The notes beneath the pieces are model-generated. The model ran no database searches. It had not been told where the DNA came from and was given only the letters and a program-made list of their open reading frames with translations. A DNA stretch of 64,000 nucleotides, from contig CAWHCF010000045.1 of the NCBI GenBank assembly GCA_963827655.1, positions 1 through 64,000 on the forward strand. Reading direction: 5' to 3'. Each line of letters begins with the position of its first letter. The first letter of the stretch is position 1. The translations under genes were made by a program, and so were the position numbers. Below, piece by piece: positions 9,679 to 18,881 of this stretch. Source of the DNA: an uncultured Acidobacteriota bacterium. Lineage in GTDB: Bacteria > Acidobacteriota > UBA6911.

Positions 9679-10636
9679 ATGGGCAACCACCGTAATCTCC
9701 AATCCCCAGTTCGCAATCCGAAACTCCTTTCCTTTATTGTCGCGCTTGGATTGATTTGCTCAACCCGCGCCACGGAAGTGCCTCAGGCGAAGGATCTCGC
9801 TAACTATACGGAAACAATTCCCGGAAGCACGATCACATTTGAGATGGTCGCGATTGCCGGCGGGTCTTTCATGATGGGGAGCCCCGATTCGGAAGCCGGC
9901 CGGAAGGAAGATGAAGGACCAGTCCATAAGGTTACCCTTGGGCCTTTCTGGATGGGAAAGACCGAGGTTACCTGGGACGAATATGAACAGTACTATTTTC
10001 GAGGCCCCGGAGATCAATCGGCAGCGTCCAAAGCCGATGCTGTTGCGCGCCCTACCCAGCCCTACGGTGCGCCGGACCTTGGCTGGGGTCGCGGCAAGCG
10101 GCCTGCCATGAGCATGACCTGGCACGCCGCAGACAAGTATTGCGATTGGCTTTCGGCACTTACCGGGAAAAAGTATCGGCTTCCCACGTCGGCCGAATGG
10201 GAATATGCGTGCCGGGCGGGCTCGAGCGATCCCTACTTCTTTGGCACGGATGCTTCGAAGCTCGATGAGTACGCCTGGCTTCCGAGATAACGCCAAGCTC
10301 CAAACCCATCCCGCAGGATCGAAGAAGCCTAATCCATGGGGTCTCTTCGACATGTTGGGAAATGTGGCCGAATTCTGCCGGGACTATTACTCGCCTCAGG
10401 ACTACACCCGCTTTGCGCCCGACCAGTGGCCAAAAGACCCGGCTGGCCCGGACAAGGGTAAAGAGCGGGTTGTCCGCGGAGGCTCTTATTATACCCGTGC
10501 TCCCGCCTTGCGCTCGGCTGCCCGGGATCAGACCCGTCACGATGACTGGCTGGTTACCGACCCCAATGATCCCAAGAGCATCTGGTGGTATTCAGACTGC
10601 TTTTTCGTTGGCTTCCGTGTAGTTCGCTTGCCATAA
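9679..10636 (+). CDS. SUMF1/FGE-sulfatase-fold secreted protein (frameshift near 10280)
   Basis: GGSFMMGS, EVTWDEY, YRLPTSAEWEYACRAG, then PNPWGLFDMLGNVAE, RVVRGGS, VGFRVVR in the next frame. Confidence 0.88.
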
Positions 10637-10674
10637 GCAGGACCGCCCAAGACGGGGAGACAGGAAGCCCCGAA

Positions 10675-11724
10675 GTGACTCCCGCGAAATCCTCACTGAA
10701 AAACACAAGAGCGGCCGTCATTTTAATAGGCGTCCTGGTTTCTCAACTCGGCCCAGCCGCGGGCAATCCGTCGCGCTACGAGTACTTTCGCATCCTGATG
10801 GGGACCAAGATGCGGATCGTACTGTATGCCGAATCCCAGGAGGAGGCGCGGGAGGCCGCGGCCGCTGCATTCCTGCGCATCCAGCAACTGGACGAAATCA
10901 TGAGCGACTACAATCCCGACAGTGAGCTGATGAAGCTTTGCCGGGAAGCCCACCAGGCCGCGCGACCTGTGAGTGCGGATCTTTTTCGAGTTCTGAAACA
11001 ATCCCTTCGCTTCTCCGCCCTTTCTCGCGGAGCATTTGATATCACGGTCGGCCCGGTGGTGGATCTTTGGCGTGAGGCGAGGCGTCACAAGCGGCTTCCG
11101 GATGAGGAGAAGCTTGAGCAGGCCCGGCGTTGCGTGGGCTACAAGAAGATCGTCCTGAATGCGGAGAACCGTTCAGTGAGGTTGGGGCTCCCGTGCATGA
11201 AGCTCGATCTGGGCGGTATCGGCCAGGGCTACGCCGCCGATCAGGCGCTGGCCGTTCTGGCAGCCCGCGGGATCCGAAGCGCCCTGGTGGACGCAGGAGG
11301 CGACATTGCCATGAGCGCGGCTCCTCCCGATCGATCCGGATGGAGGGTGGCGCTACAGAAGCCCGCGCCTGGCGTAGAAGCCGCCGCCGAGGACCTCACA
11401 CTCTCTGACTGTGGCGTCACCAACTCGGGCGACACGGAGCAATTCGTCGAGTTGGAGGGAATCCGCTATTCCCACATCATCGATCCTGAAACAGGCTGGG
11501 CTCTGCGAGATTCCGCAAGTGTGACGGTGATAGCTCCCGACGCGACAACGGCTGACGCCCTGGCGACCGCACTGAGTGTTCTGCCACCCAACCGCGGACT
11601 GCGGCTGGCGGATTCCCAGCCGGGGGTTGCTGCCGTGATCGTGCGGCGTTCCGGTGAGGGCCTGACGAAGCATGTGTCGCGCCGGATGCGCCAATACCTG
11701 GAAAGGAGTCAGGAGCCAGAATAA
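10675..11724 (+). CDS. apbE: FAD:protein FMN transferase
   Basis: MGT, GAFDITVGP, LDLGGIGQGYAAD, DAGGDI, RYSHIIDPETG, ADALATAL; start codon approximate. Confidence 0.93.
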   Translation: MTPAKSSLKNTRAAVILIGVLVSQLGPAAGNPSRYEYFRILMGTKMRIVLYAESQEEAREAAAAAFLRIQQLDEIMSDYNPDSELMKLCREAHQAARPVSADLFRVLKQSLRFSALSRGAFDITVGPVVDLWREARRHKRLPDEEKLEQARRCVGYKKIVLNAENRSVRLGLPCMKLDLGGIGQGYAADQALAVLAARGIRSALVDAGGDIAMSAAPPDRSGWRVALQKPAPGVEAAAEDLTLSDCGVTNSGDTEQFVELEGIRYSHIIDPETGWALRDSASVTVIAPDATTADALATALSVLPPNRGLRLADSQPGVAAVIVRRSGEGLTKHVSRRMRQYLERSQEPE

Positions 11725-11898
11725 GAGGAGACGCGAATCTCCCGATTGACCGAGTCACAAGTCTCGACAATTTTCCCTGCCGTCACGACTTCGCCGGATA
11801 CTTCCTTGAGGATGTCGGATTCCAAGAGGTTGCCGATGAGAATTCCGGCTTCGGGCTTCTGACGCAAGCAGAATTCTCGTCACACTCGGCATAGCGGT

Positions 11899-13527
11899 TT
11901 AGGGTCTTTCGACTAGCGTTACCGATTTCAGCAGCCAGCCGTCAGGATCAATTTCCAACGAGGATGGGCGCCCCGTGAGCTTCAGGCGCACCGTTTGATC
12001 CTGAGCCGATATCCGGATCTTGTGGGCTTCTCGCCGATCGCCGGCCCCGAAGACGATTTGGAGCGGCATATCGAACAGGCCCGTTGTCTGCGCCTGGTGG
12101 AATCTCATTTCCACCTCACGGGCGCCCGCATCCCAGCGCCAGGTAATCTCATACACCGGCCAGCCGGGCTGATAGCACCACTGCCGAAAGAACCCGGTCA
12201 GCGAGATACCCGACTCGGACTCCATTGCTTGTTGAAAATCTTCGGTCGAGGCGTTTCTTTCGGCATAGAGGTTGTAATACCGGCGTATCCCTTTGAAAAA
12301 CGTGTCGTCACCCAGTATCCCCCGGAGCATGTGCAGAATCCACGCGCCCTTCTGGTAATTGAATGCGTTAAGCTTCTTCGCCGGCTCAGTAAGTTCGGGA
12401 TCGATCAAAGCCACGGGGCGCGTGCCGTGATATCGCTTGATGCTTTCAGCCGCCTGCGTCATTGTGCCTTTCATCGACCCGGGCCCCTGAAGATGCTCCT
12501 GGAAGAGATTCGCGAAATAGGTGGCGAATCCCTCGCTGAGCCACAGGTGATCCCAGTCGGCTTGCGTGATCGAATTGCCGAACCACTGATGGGCAATCTC
12601 GTGCGCCACCAGTTTTTCCGAGCCTTCCGTTCGCTGAAATTCCCGCTCCTGGTAAAAAATGGCGCTGGCGTTTTCCATTCCGCCGATACGCGTGGTCGCC
12701 TCGACCTGAGCCAGTTTTTCATAAGGAAACGGTCCGATCCGGTCGGTGAAAAAGCGCAAGATCGAATTCGACTGTGCGAACATGCGGCTGGCAGCGGCCG
12801 CGTCCTGCGGGTATGCGTAAACCATCAGCGGAATCGTCGAGCCGTTTCCGGCGTGCGTGACCGAGAATTCTGCAACGCCGATGACCATACAATAGGTCGG
12901 GATCGGGACGCTTTCACTCCAGCGGGTGAGCTTGCGGCCGGCGCCGAGCAATCGGGTCTCGACCAGGCGGCCATTGGCGACGACGTCATACTTCTCGGGC
13001 GCCGTAACGGAGAAGTCGACCGTAGCTTTGTCGGAAGGATGGTCGATTGAAGGAAACCAGAAACGAGCCTTGTCGGGCCAGTTTTCCGCGAAGTAGACGC
13101 GCCGCCCGTGCCTGTTCTTTCCGATCAGTAATCCGGCGCTGCCGGGCCTGCCGTGATACTTGATTTCGATGACGGCAGTCTCTTCCCGGAGGTAGCGCCG
13201 GTCGAGCTCAAAAGAGATTCGACCATCGTGCTGGGTGAAGGAACGATCCGCATCTCCCACCTTGAGGCTGTTTACTTTCATTGCTTCCAGGTCCAGCCAC
13301 ATTCCGGTGATTCCATCCTGACGCATCCGGACGTGCACGCGAGTTGTTGCGGAAATAGCGTCGTTTTCATCCGCGAGCTCGATGGCGATCTCGTAGTGAA
13401 TGACGTCGAGCGCAGGCTGGCGCCTGTAATAGTCGGCATATCCGGGTGCTGCAAGGAGGATAAAGCCGATCGGCAGGGACAGGGGCGCAAGGAGCCGAGG
13501 GAATAAGAAGCATCTCGACGAGAACAT
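11899..13527 (-). CDS. M1-family aminopeptidase, secreted
   Basis: GGMEN exopeptidase motif, HEIAHQWFG..WLSEGFATY, YQKGAWILHMLR. Confidence 0.93.
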   Translation of the reverse strand: MFSSRCFLFPRLLAPLSLPIGFILLAAPGYADYYRRQPALDVIHYEIAIELADENDAISATTRVHVRMRQDGITGMWLDLEAMKVNSLKVGDADRSFTQHDGRISFELDRRYLREETAVIEIKYHGRPGSAGLLIGKNRHGRRVYFAENWPDKARFWFPSIDHPSDKATVDFSVTAPEKYDVVANGRLVETRLLGAGRKLTRWSESVPIPTYCMVIGVAEFSVTHAGNGSTIPLMVYAYPQDAAAASRMFAQSNSILRFFTDRIGPFPYEKLAQVEATTRIGGMENASAIFYQEREFQRTEGSEKLVAHEIAHQWFGNSITQADWDHLWLSEGFATYFANLFQEHLQGPGSMKGTMTQAAESIKRYHGTRPVALIDPELTEPAKKLNAFNYQKGAWILHMLRGILGDDTFFKGIRRYYNLYAERNASTEDFQQAMESESGISLTGFFRQWCYQPGWPVYEITWRWDAGAREVEMRFHQAQTTGLFDMPLQIVFGAGDRREAHKIRISAQDQTVRLKLTGRPSSLEIDPDGWLLKSVTLVERP

Positions 13528-13600
13528 GTTTTATCCGCCCACCCGGTGCAGCTTGATGGAGTTCGTTATCGCAACATCGTTCATTTCTCGCCTGGCGGAG

Positions 13601-13660
13601 TTCTTCGCGTCCTTCGCGGTTGATTCTGTTCTACGCCTTCGCCGCCGAAGACGCGAAGGC
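13601..13660. repeat. Octamer-family repeat, inverted pair
   Basis: ttcttcgcgtccttcgcggt ... gccgccgaagacgcgaaggc between divergent genes. Confidence 0.65.
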
Positions 13661-13706
13661 GCCCCCGGCCATGATAAGATGAAGCCCCATTATAGGAGGT
13701 TCGCGG

Positions 13707-14891
13707 TTGGACAAGCTGCAATTCATCCGAGACGAGGTTGCCCGCCTGGAGCGGGAAAGCCTGCTCATAACGATCCGCACGATTGAATCGGCGCAGGGCG
13801 CGTGGATTACCGTCGATGGCGAGAAGGTCTTGAATCTTTGCTCCAATAACTATCTCGGTTTTGCCAACCACTCCGGCTTGAAAGAGGCGGCCAGGGCCGC
13901 AATCGACGAGTTTGGAGTTGGTCCTGCGGCTGTGAGAACGATAGCGGGCACCACGGTCCTCCACAATGCCCTCGAGGAAAAACTAGCCCGGTTCAAGAGG
14001 GTGGAGGCGACTATTTCCTACCAATCGGGATTCAATTCAAACCTGGCCACGATCCCGGCGCTGGTGGGGAAAGAGGATTTGATCTTCTCCGACGAACTCA
14101 ATCACGCTTCGATCATAGACGGCTGCCGGCTGTCCGGCGCTCCTATCATCCGTTTCGATCACTGCAATCCCGCAGCGCTCGAAGCCAGACTCAAGCAGCA
14201 CCTCGGCGGTGAGTCGAAGCGCCGCGCCCTGATCATTACCGATGGCGTGTTTTCTATGGACGGCGACATTGCCCCGCTACCGCCGATTGTTGAGCTGGCC
14301 GAGCGCTTCAATGCGATGGTGATGGTCGATGACGCGCACGGCGAGGGAGTGCTGGGCGAGAGCGGGCGAGGCGCCGTGGATCACTTCCGCCTGCACGGGC
14401 GCGTCGACGTCGAGATTGGAACTCTTTCGAAGGCCTTTGGTGTAGTTGGGGGTTTCGTGGCCGGCAAAAAGATCATCATCGAATACCTGCGGCAAAAGGG
14501 GCGTCCCTTTCTGTTTTCGAGCGCGCTCACCGCGGCCGACGTTGCTGCTTGCAGCTCCGCTGTCGACATACTGGAGTCTTCCGATGACCTGGTCCGGAAG
14601 CTGTGGAGCAACACTCGCTACTTCAAGGACAGGCTGAAAGCGGCGCGTTTCGACACGGGACGAAGTGAAACGCCGATCACGCCCGTCATGCTGGGCGATG
14701 CGCGAATTGCGCAGGAGTTCAGCCGCCGGCTGTTCCAGGAAGGAGTGTTCGCGATGGCGATTGGCTACCCCACGGTTCCGCTGGGGAAGGCCCGCATCCG
14801 AGCGATGATTTCAGCGACCCATTGCGAAGATGATCTCGATTACGCCGTCGAAAGGTTCAGCCGGATAGGACGAGAACTGAAGGTAACATAA
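13707..14891 (+). CDS. kbl: Glycine C-acetyltransferase (Kbl/BioF class II aminotransferase)
   Basis: [56 protein letters not shown]; TTG start. Confidence 0.9.
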   Translation: MDKLQFIRDEVARLERESLLITIRTIESAQGAWITVDGEKVLNLCSNNYLGFANHSGLKEAARAAIDEFGVGPAAVRTIAGTTVLHNALEEKLARFKRVEATISYQSGFNSNLATIPALVGKEDLIFSDELNHASIIDGCRLSGAPIIRFDHCNPAALEARLKQHLGGESKRRALIITDGVFSMDGDIAPLPPIVELAERFNAMVMVDDAHGEGVLGESGRGAVDHFRLHGRVDVEIGTLSKAFGVVGGFVAGKKIIIEYLRQKGRPFLFSSALTAADVAACSSAVDILESSDDLVRKLWSNTRYFKDRLKAARFDTGRSETPITPVMLGDARIAQEFSRRLFQEGVFAMAIGYPTVPLGKARIRAMISATHCEDDLDYAVERFSRIGRELKVT

Positions 14892-15026
14892 AGGCTCGCT
14901 TAGCGCACTTGGTGAAACGTTCGAACCAACATGTTGTCGTTCATGACGTCGGCCTTCTGACTTCTGATGTGAACAAAGTCCTCATAACCGAACAGAACGT
15001 CTAACTTAGCGTCTTCGGAGTGACTC

Positions 15027-15863
15027 TTGTTTCTGCTTGCTAGGATCCTGTTCCTCTCCGCACTGGTCCAAGACCAGGTATTCGCTCAAAAACTGGAAGA
15101 GCCGCCGATTCTCCGGGAAGGCATCGAGGCGCGGCTGAAGCAATTCTCGAGCAGCAAGGAAGAACGGAAGACTACCCTGTTGAGCTTGTTTCAAGAGGCG
15201 GGCTGCCGTGATCAAAGCCTGAGCGAACAGAGGGTCGATGGAGTGCGACTGCCCAATGTGATTTGTACCCTGCCGGGGCTCACCGATTCGGTGATCATCG
15301 TCGGAGCCCATTTTGATCTGGCGGAATCGGGCGAAGGTGTTGTGGATAATTGGACCGGGGTGTCGCTCCTGCCGAGCCTTTTCGAAAGCCTTCGCGTCCA
15401 CGCGCGTCACCATACCTTCGTTTTCATTGGATTTACCGAGGAAGAGAAGGGATTGATCGGTTCGAAATTCTACGCGGCCCGGTTAACCAGGGAACAAAGA
15501 GCCAGAACACGCGCCATGGTAAACCTGGATACGCTCGGTTTATCGGATACGAAGGTCTGGGCCAGTCGTGCCGACCCTAATCTGTTGAAAGCGCTCTTTG
15601 GGGTTGCAGACCGGATGCGCCTGCCGCTCGAGATCGTAAATGCCGACCGCATGGGCACAGCGGACTCTGAATCGTTCGCGAAAATCAAGATCCCCAGCAT
15701 CACGATTCATTCGCTGACCGAGGAAACTCTCCCGATACTCCACACATCTCGCGATCGCTGGGAGGCCGTTCGGCTTGATGATTACCTCAGGACCTGCCGG
15801 CTGATTGCCGCTTACCTTGCTTTTCTGGATACTTTCCTGGTGTCTTCGAGTCATCGTGGTTAG
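15027..15863 (+). CDS. M28-family peptidase
   Basis: IIVGAHFD, GVVDNWTG, FTEEEKGLIGS, MVNLDTLG, ILHTSRD. Confidence 0.88.
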   Translation: MFLLARILFLSALVQDQVFAQKLEEPPILREGIEARLKQFSSSKEERKTTLLSLFQEAGCRDQSLSEQRVDGVRLPNVICTLPGLTDSVIIVGAHFDLAESGEGVVDNWTGVSLLPSLFESLRVHARHHTFVFIGFTEEEKGLIGSKFYAARLTREQRARTRAMVNLDTLGLSDTKVWASRADPNLLKALFGVADRMRLPLEIVNADRMGTADSESFAKIKIPSITIHSLTEETLPILHTSRDRWEAVRLDDYLRTCRLIAAYLAFLDTFLVSSSHRG

Positions 15864-16008
15864 TGGCCGCGGCACGGAACAATAGAGTGACTCAAGACAC
15901 ATCTGGCGTATGACACCGCGAGGATTGTGTCACTCGGAAAAAATCAGTTCTACTGTCAGAAAGAATCTCACGATTGGATCACCCGGTCCAATCCACGAAG
16001 GGAGCCTC

Positions 16009-16434
16009 ATGGGCAAGATAAACTTGGGTCGCGTGATTCTGGGAGGTCTGGTGGCCGGCTTGGTGATCAATTTTGGCGAATTCATACTGAACGGACTGAT
16101 CCTCGCCCGGCAGCTGGAGGATGCAATGCGAGCGCTGAACAAACCCATCATAGGAAACGAGGCTATCGCTTACTTCGTGATCGGCGGTTTTCTGCTGGGG
16201 ATTTTAATGATCTGGCTCTATGCGGCCATTCGACCGCGTTTTGGAGCAGGCCCCAGGACGGCGATTTGCGCCGGGCTGGTCGTTTGGGCATTCGCATATT
16301 TCTATAGCGCCATCGGGTTCATTGCCATGGGACTATTCCCAGCGAACGTGATGTTTATCGGCCTGGTCTGGGGACTTGTCGAGCTCCCAGTCGCCGCGGT
16401 CGCGGGAGCCTGGCTCTATCAGGAAGAAGCCTGA
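16009..16434 (+). CDS. Four-TM membrane protein of unknown function
   Basis: gggag RBS; four hydrophobic segments; YAAIRPRFGAGPRTA loop. Confidence 0.8.
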   Translation: MGKINLGRVILGGLVAGLVINFGEFILNGLILARQLEDAMRALNKPIIGNEAIAYFVIGGFLLGILMIWLYAAIRPRFGAGPRTAICAGLVVWAFAYFYSAIGFIAMGLFPANVMFIGLVWGLVELPVAAVAGAWLYQEEA

Positions 16435-16489
16435 TTCCCCGTAAGGGCTTCGCGCTTCTTACGTGCTGACATTGGAAGCTGCGAGAGGA

Positions 16490-17084
16490 TCATTCGTCGA
16501 GGTCCGCTTCTCGTAGGGCTCGATCCAGGAGATCGCTCAGCTCGAGAGCCGCGCCCCACTCCCTGAGGTAGCGCAAGATCGATAGCCGGTCCCTGAATCT
16601 TCAGAACGCCTACCACATCATTCCATTGATTGTCAGAGACCTCGTTCCCGGCACGATACCATTGGAGCTTTGCCAGAACTGTATCCTCAGCCGTGGCCAG
16701 AAAGGCGCTGAAGGGTGGCTCCGACGACAGAATCTTCTTCGAGCGTCGCGACAGTTGACTACGAGTGAAGGCGTCATCCTTGGCGGCGAAGATGTCCACC
16801 TTGACCATGGTGTCCAGGTGAATCAGGTTGAAGCTGCGGCGATTTCGAACCGCAGCTTGAACGAGCTCGAAATCCAGGTAGAAGCCTTCTCCCAGCGCGC
16901 GCACTAGCGGTTCGATGCTGGGCGGTTCGATGGCTGCCACAAAATCGATGTCGCGAGTGGAGCGGGGGTCTCCGTACACACCGCTCGCCATCGAACCCGC
17001 GATCAAATATGGGATTCGCAGCGCTTCGAATGCTTCCACCACCTTCGCGGTCACCACCAGGATCTCGGACAAAGGCGGGATCAT
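16490..17084 (-). CDS. Pol-beta-superfamily nucleotidyltransferase (AbiEii/DUF6036-like); frameshift near 16572
   Basis: YLIAGSMAS..GDPRSTRDIDF, KVDIF, EDTVLAKL; restored C-terminus YLREWGAALELSDLLDRAL.. stops at 16490. Confidence 0.8.
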
Positions 17085-17344
17085 GGCAGTTTCCCGATAC
17101 CCGGACGACTACCGTACGCCCGTGTTGCCAGTTCCGGGCCCAGCATCAGGTCTGCCAGGCGCCGGCGCAACGCCGCGGACGATTCTTCCGGATGGCGAAG
17201 GCGCAATCCAGCCAGGGCGAGAGCGCGCATTGCCCGGTTGGTGTCCTCGATCATCACCAGCTTGCGCCACGAGGGAGTCTTTCGCAAAAGCTGGATTCGC
17301 ACGCGCTCCGTTTGTAGACACGTGTCCCGCGACTGAGTCTTCAT
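17081..17344 (-). CDS. Small basic helical protein, putative antitoxin partner
   Basis: 87 aa MKTQSRDT..IQLLRK..AGLRLRHP; ATGA overlap with the nucleotidyltransferase. Confidence 0.75.
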   Translation of the reverse strand: MKTQSRDTCLQTERVRIQLLRKTPSWRKLVMIEDTNRAMRALALAGLRLRHPEESSAALRRRLADLMLGPELATRAYGSRPGIGKLP

Positions 17345-17435
17345 TGGCTCAAGAGTATTGATTCTGATTCGCCCTTGCAAGGAAATGGCTGGGAGGTATG
17401 ACGGAACGCCAAGCCGGCGTCTTCGTGGTGGATTG

Positions 17436-18728
17436 TCATTTCGCTAGCGGAAAGATCTCCTGGAGTTCCACGATTCCTTTGCTGAACTCCTCAAAGTACC
17501 TCCGGGCTTGCCCCTCTTCTGAAGCATCCTCGACCCGTGCCAGGCGATCGGCGGCAAAACCGATTTTCACGATGCTCTCGCCAAGTTTCTTTCTTTCAAG
17601 GGGAGCAAGTTCTTCGGTCTTGCGCCTCAATGCGTTTGCCAGGTCGATGGTATCAAAAGCCGGGTTGAGCAAGTCAAACCACCTCTTCTCGTTAATGTGA
17701 CTCCCGATGGCGGCCTCGCGCTTGAGGATTTCCCTGACCACGTCGACAGCCGCCGCCGGGATCTTAACGGGCGGACGGTCGCTGTGTTTGTGGGGCCGGA
17801 CGCTCGCTTCCGTTCCGGGTTTCGGTTCCTTGGTGAAACCATCGAAGAAAAAGCTGAAGAGTTTCTCATCGCCGGCCAACCGGATTCTGGCAATGATTTC
17901 GACGGGATACTTCGTCGGCGTCCAGATTCGAGACGTCAACCAATGGTTGCCTTCCCGTTCCAGCACTAGAGGATAGTTTTTTTCGATGTAGTCCTTCTTC
18001 TCTTCATTCCAGTCTTGCGTCGTTATCCGGCCGGAAAAATTACGCGCATCGAGCGGCTTTTTATGACCATCGTAGAGGTAGATCCGGAATTCGTTCGGGC
18101 TCGGGTGAGTCCCCTCGAGGCGATGATAGTTGTTGTCGGCCGTGAACAGGACGCCGCCGTGTACCGGGTTGTGATCCATCGGACCGAGGGACTCGACCGG
18201 CTCTCCGCAACCGGGACAGCGCCCTGGCGAAAAGAACGTCTTTTTCCAGTAGGGACAGGAGTCGATGAGGCAGGTCCAGGTCTTGACCACCTCGAATCGG
18301 GCCTTATGGAGAAGGGATTGACCACAAATCTCGCACCTGCCCGGCGCGCTGTACTCTTTCAATTTATGATCTTGACGCCCGCGACTTGGGCAGAAATAGA
18401 TTTCCTCGCGCCCGACTTTGGTCAGTGTCCAGTCATTCCGGGTGGCGGCAAGCTCATTCTTGTGTTCCTCCAGGAATGAACTCCTGGGCACGAGCAGCAT
18501 CTTGCAGACTTCGCAGTTGCCGCGACGGTTGTAGTCCTTGATTCCGCATCCTTTCGAGCCCCGCATGGGGCACCAGTAGACTTCCCCTTCTCCGATGCCC
18601 GATACCGGTTTTTGTGCGCCGGTCTGCGCCCGCGCGAACCAGAGACACTCCGCCGGGAGCGTGATTATTGCCAGTGTGGCAGCCACTCCGAGCCGTCGAC
18701 ATCTCACATGCCGGTTGGTCCCAACCAT
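17436..18728 (-). CDS. Exported protein with three heavy-metal-binding-domain (HMBD)-like Cys repeats
   Basis: YWCPM..GNCEVCKMLL, YFCPS..PGRCEICGQSL, WTCL..PGRCPGCGEP, DHNPVHGG; N-terminal signal. Confidence 0.72.
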   Translation of the reverse strand: MVGTNRHVRCRRLGVAATLAIITLPAECLWFARAQTGAQKPVSGIGEGEVYWCPMRGSKGCGIKDYNRRGNCEVCKMLLVPRSSFLEEHKNELAATRNDWTLTKVGREEIYFCPSRGRQDHKLKEYSAPGRCEICGQSLLHKARFEVVKTWTCLIDSCPYWKKTFFSPGRCPGCGEPVESLGPMDHNPVHGGVLFTADNNYHRLEGTHPSPNEFRIYLYDGHKKPLDARNFSGRITTQDWNEEKKDYIEKNYPLVLEREGNHWLTSRIWTPTKYPVEIIARIRLAGDEKLFSFFFDGFTKEPKPGTEASVRPHKHSDRPPVKIPAAAVDVVREILKREAAIGSHINEKRWFDLLNPAFDTIDLANALRRKTEELAPLERKKLGESIVKIGFAADRLARVEDASEEGQARRYFEEFSKGIVELQEIFPLAK

Positions 18729-18881
18729 GCCGCTCCTGATCCGCTTTTGACGTTATTGTAACGCGATTGACTCGGGTTTCCAGAGCTGTTAAGTTCGAAA
18801 ACATTCGATGTTCCTTCGTGTCTTGGCGGTGGCCTGGGTTTCTGCGCGCACCCGCTGAGAAACGCCGGCAAGGAGTTAAAC

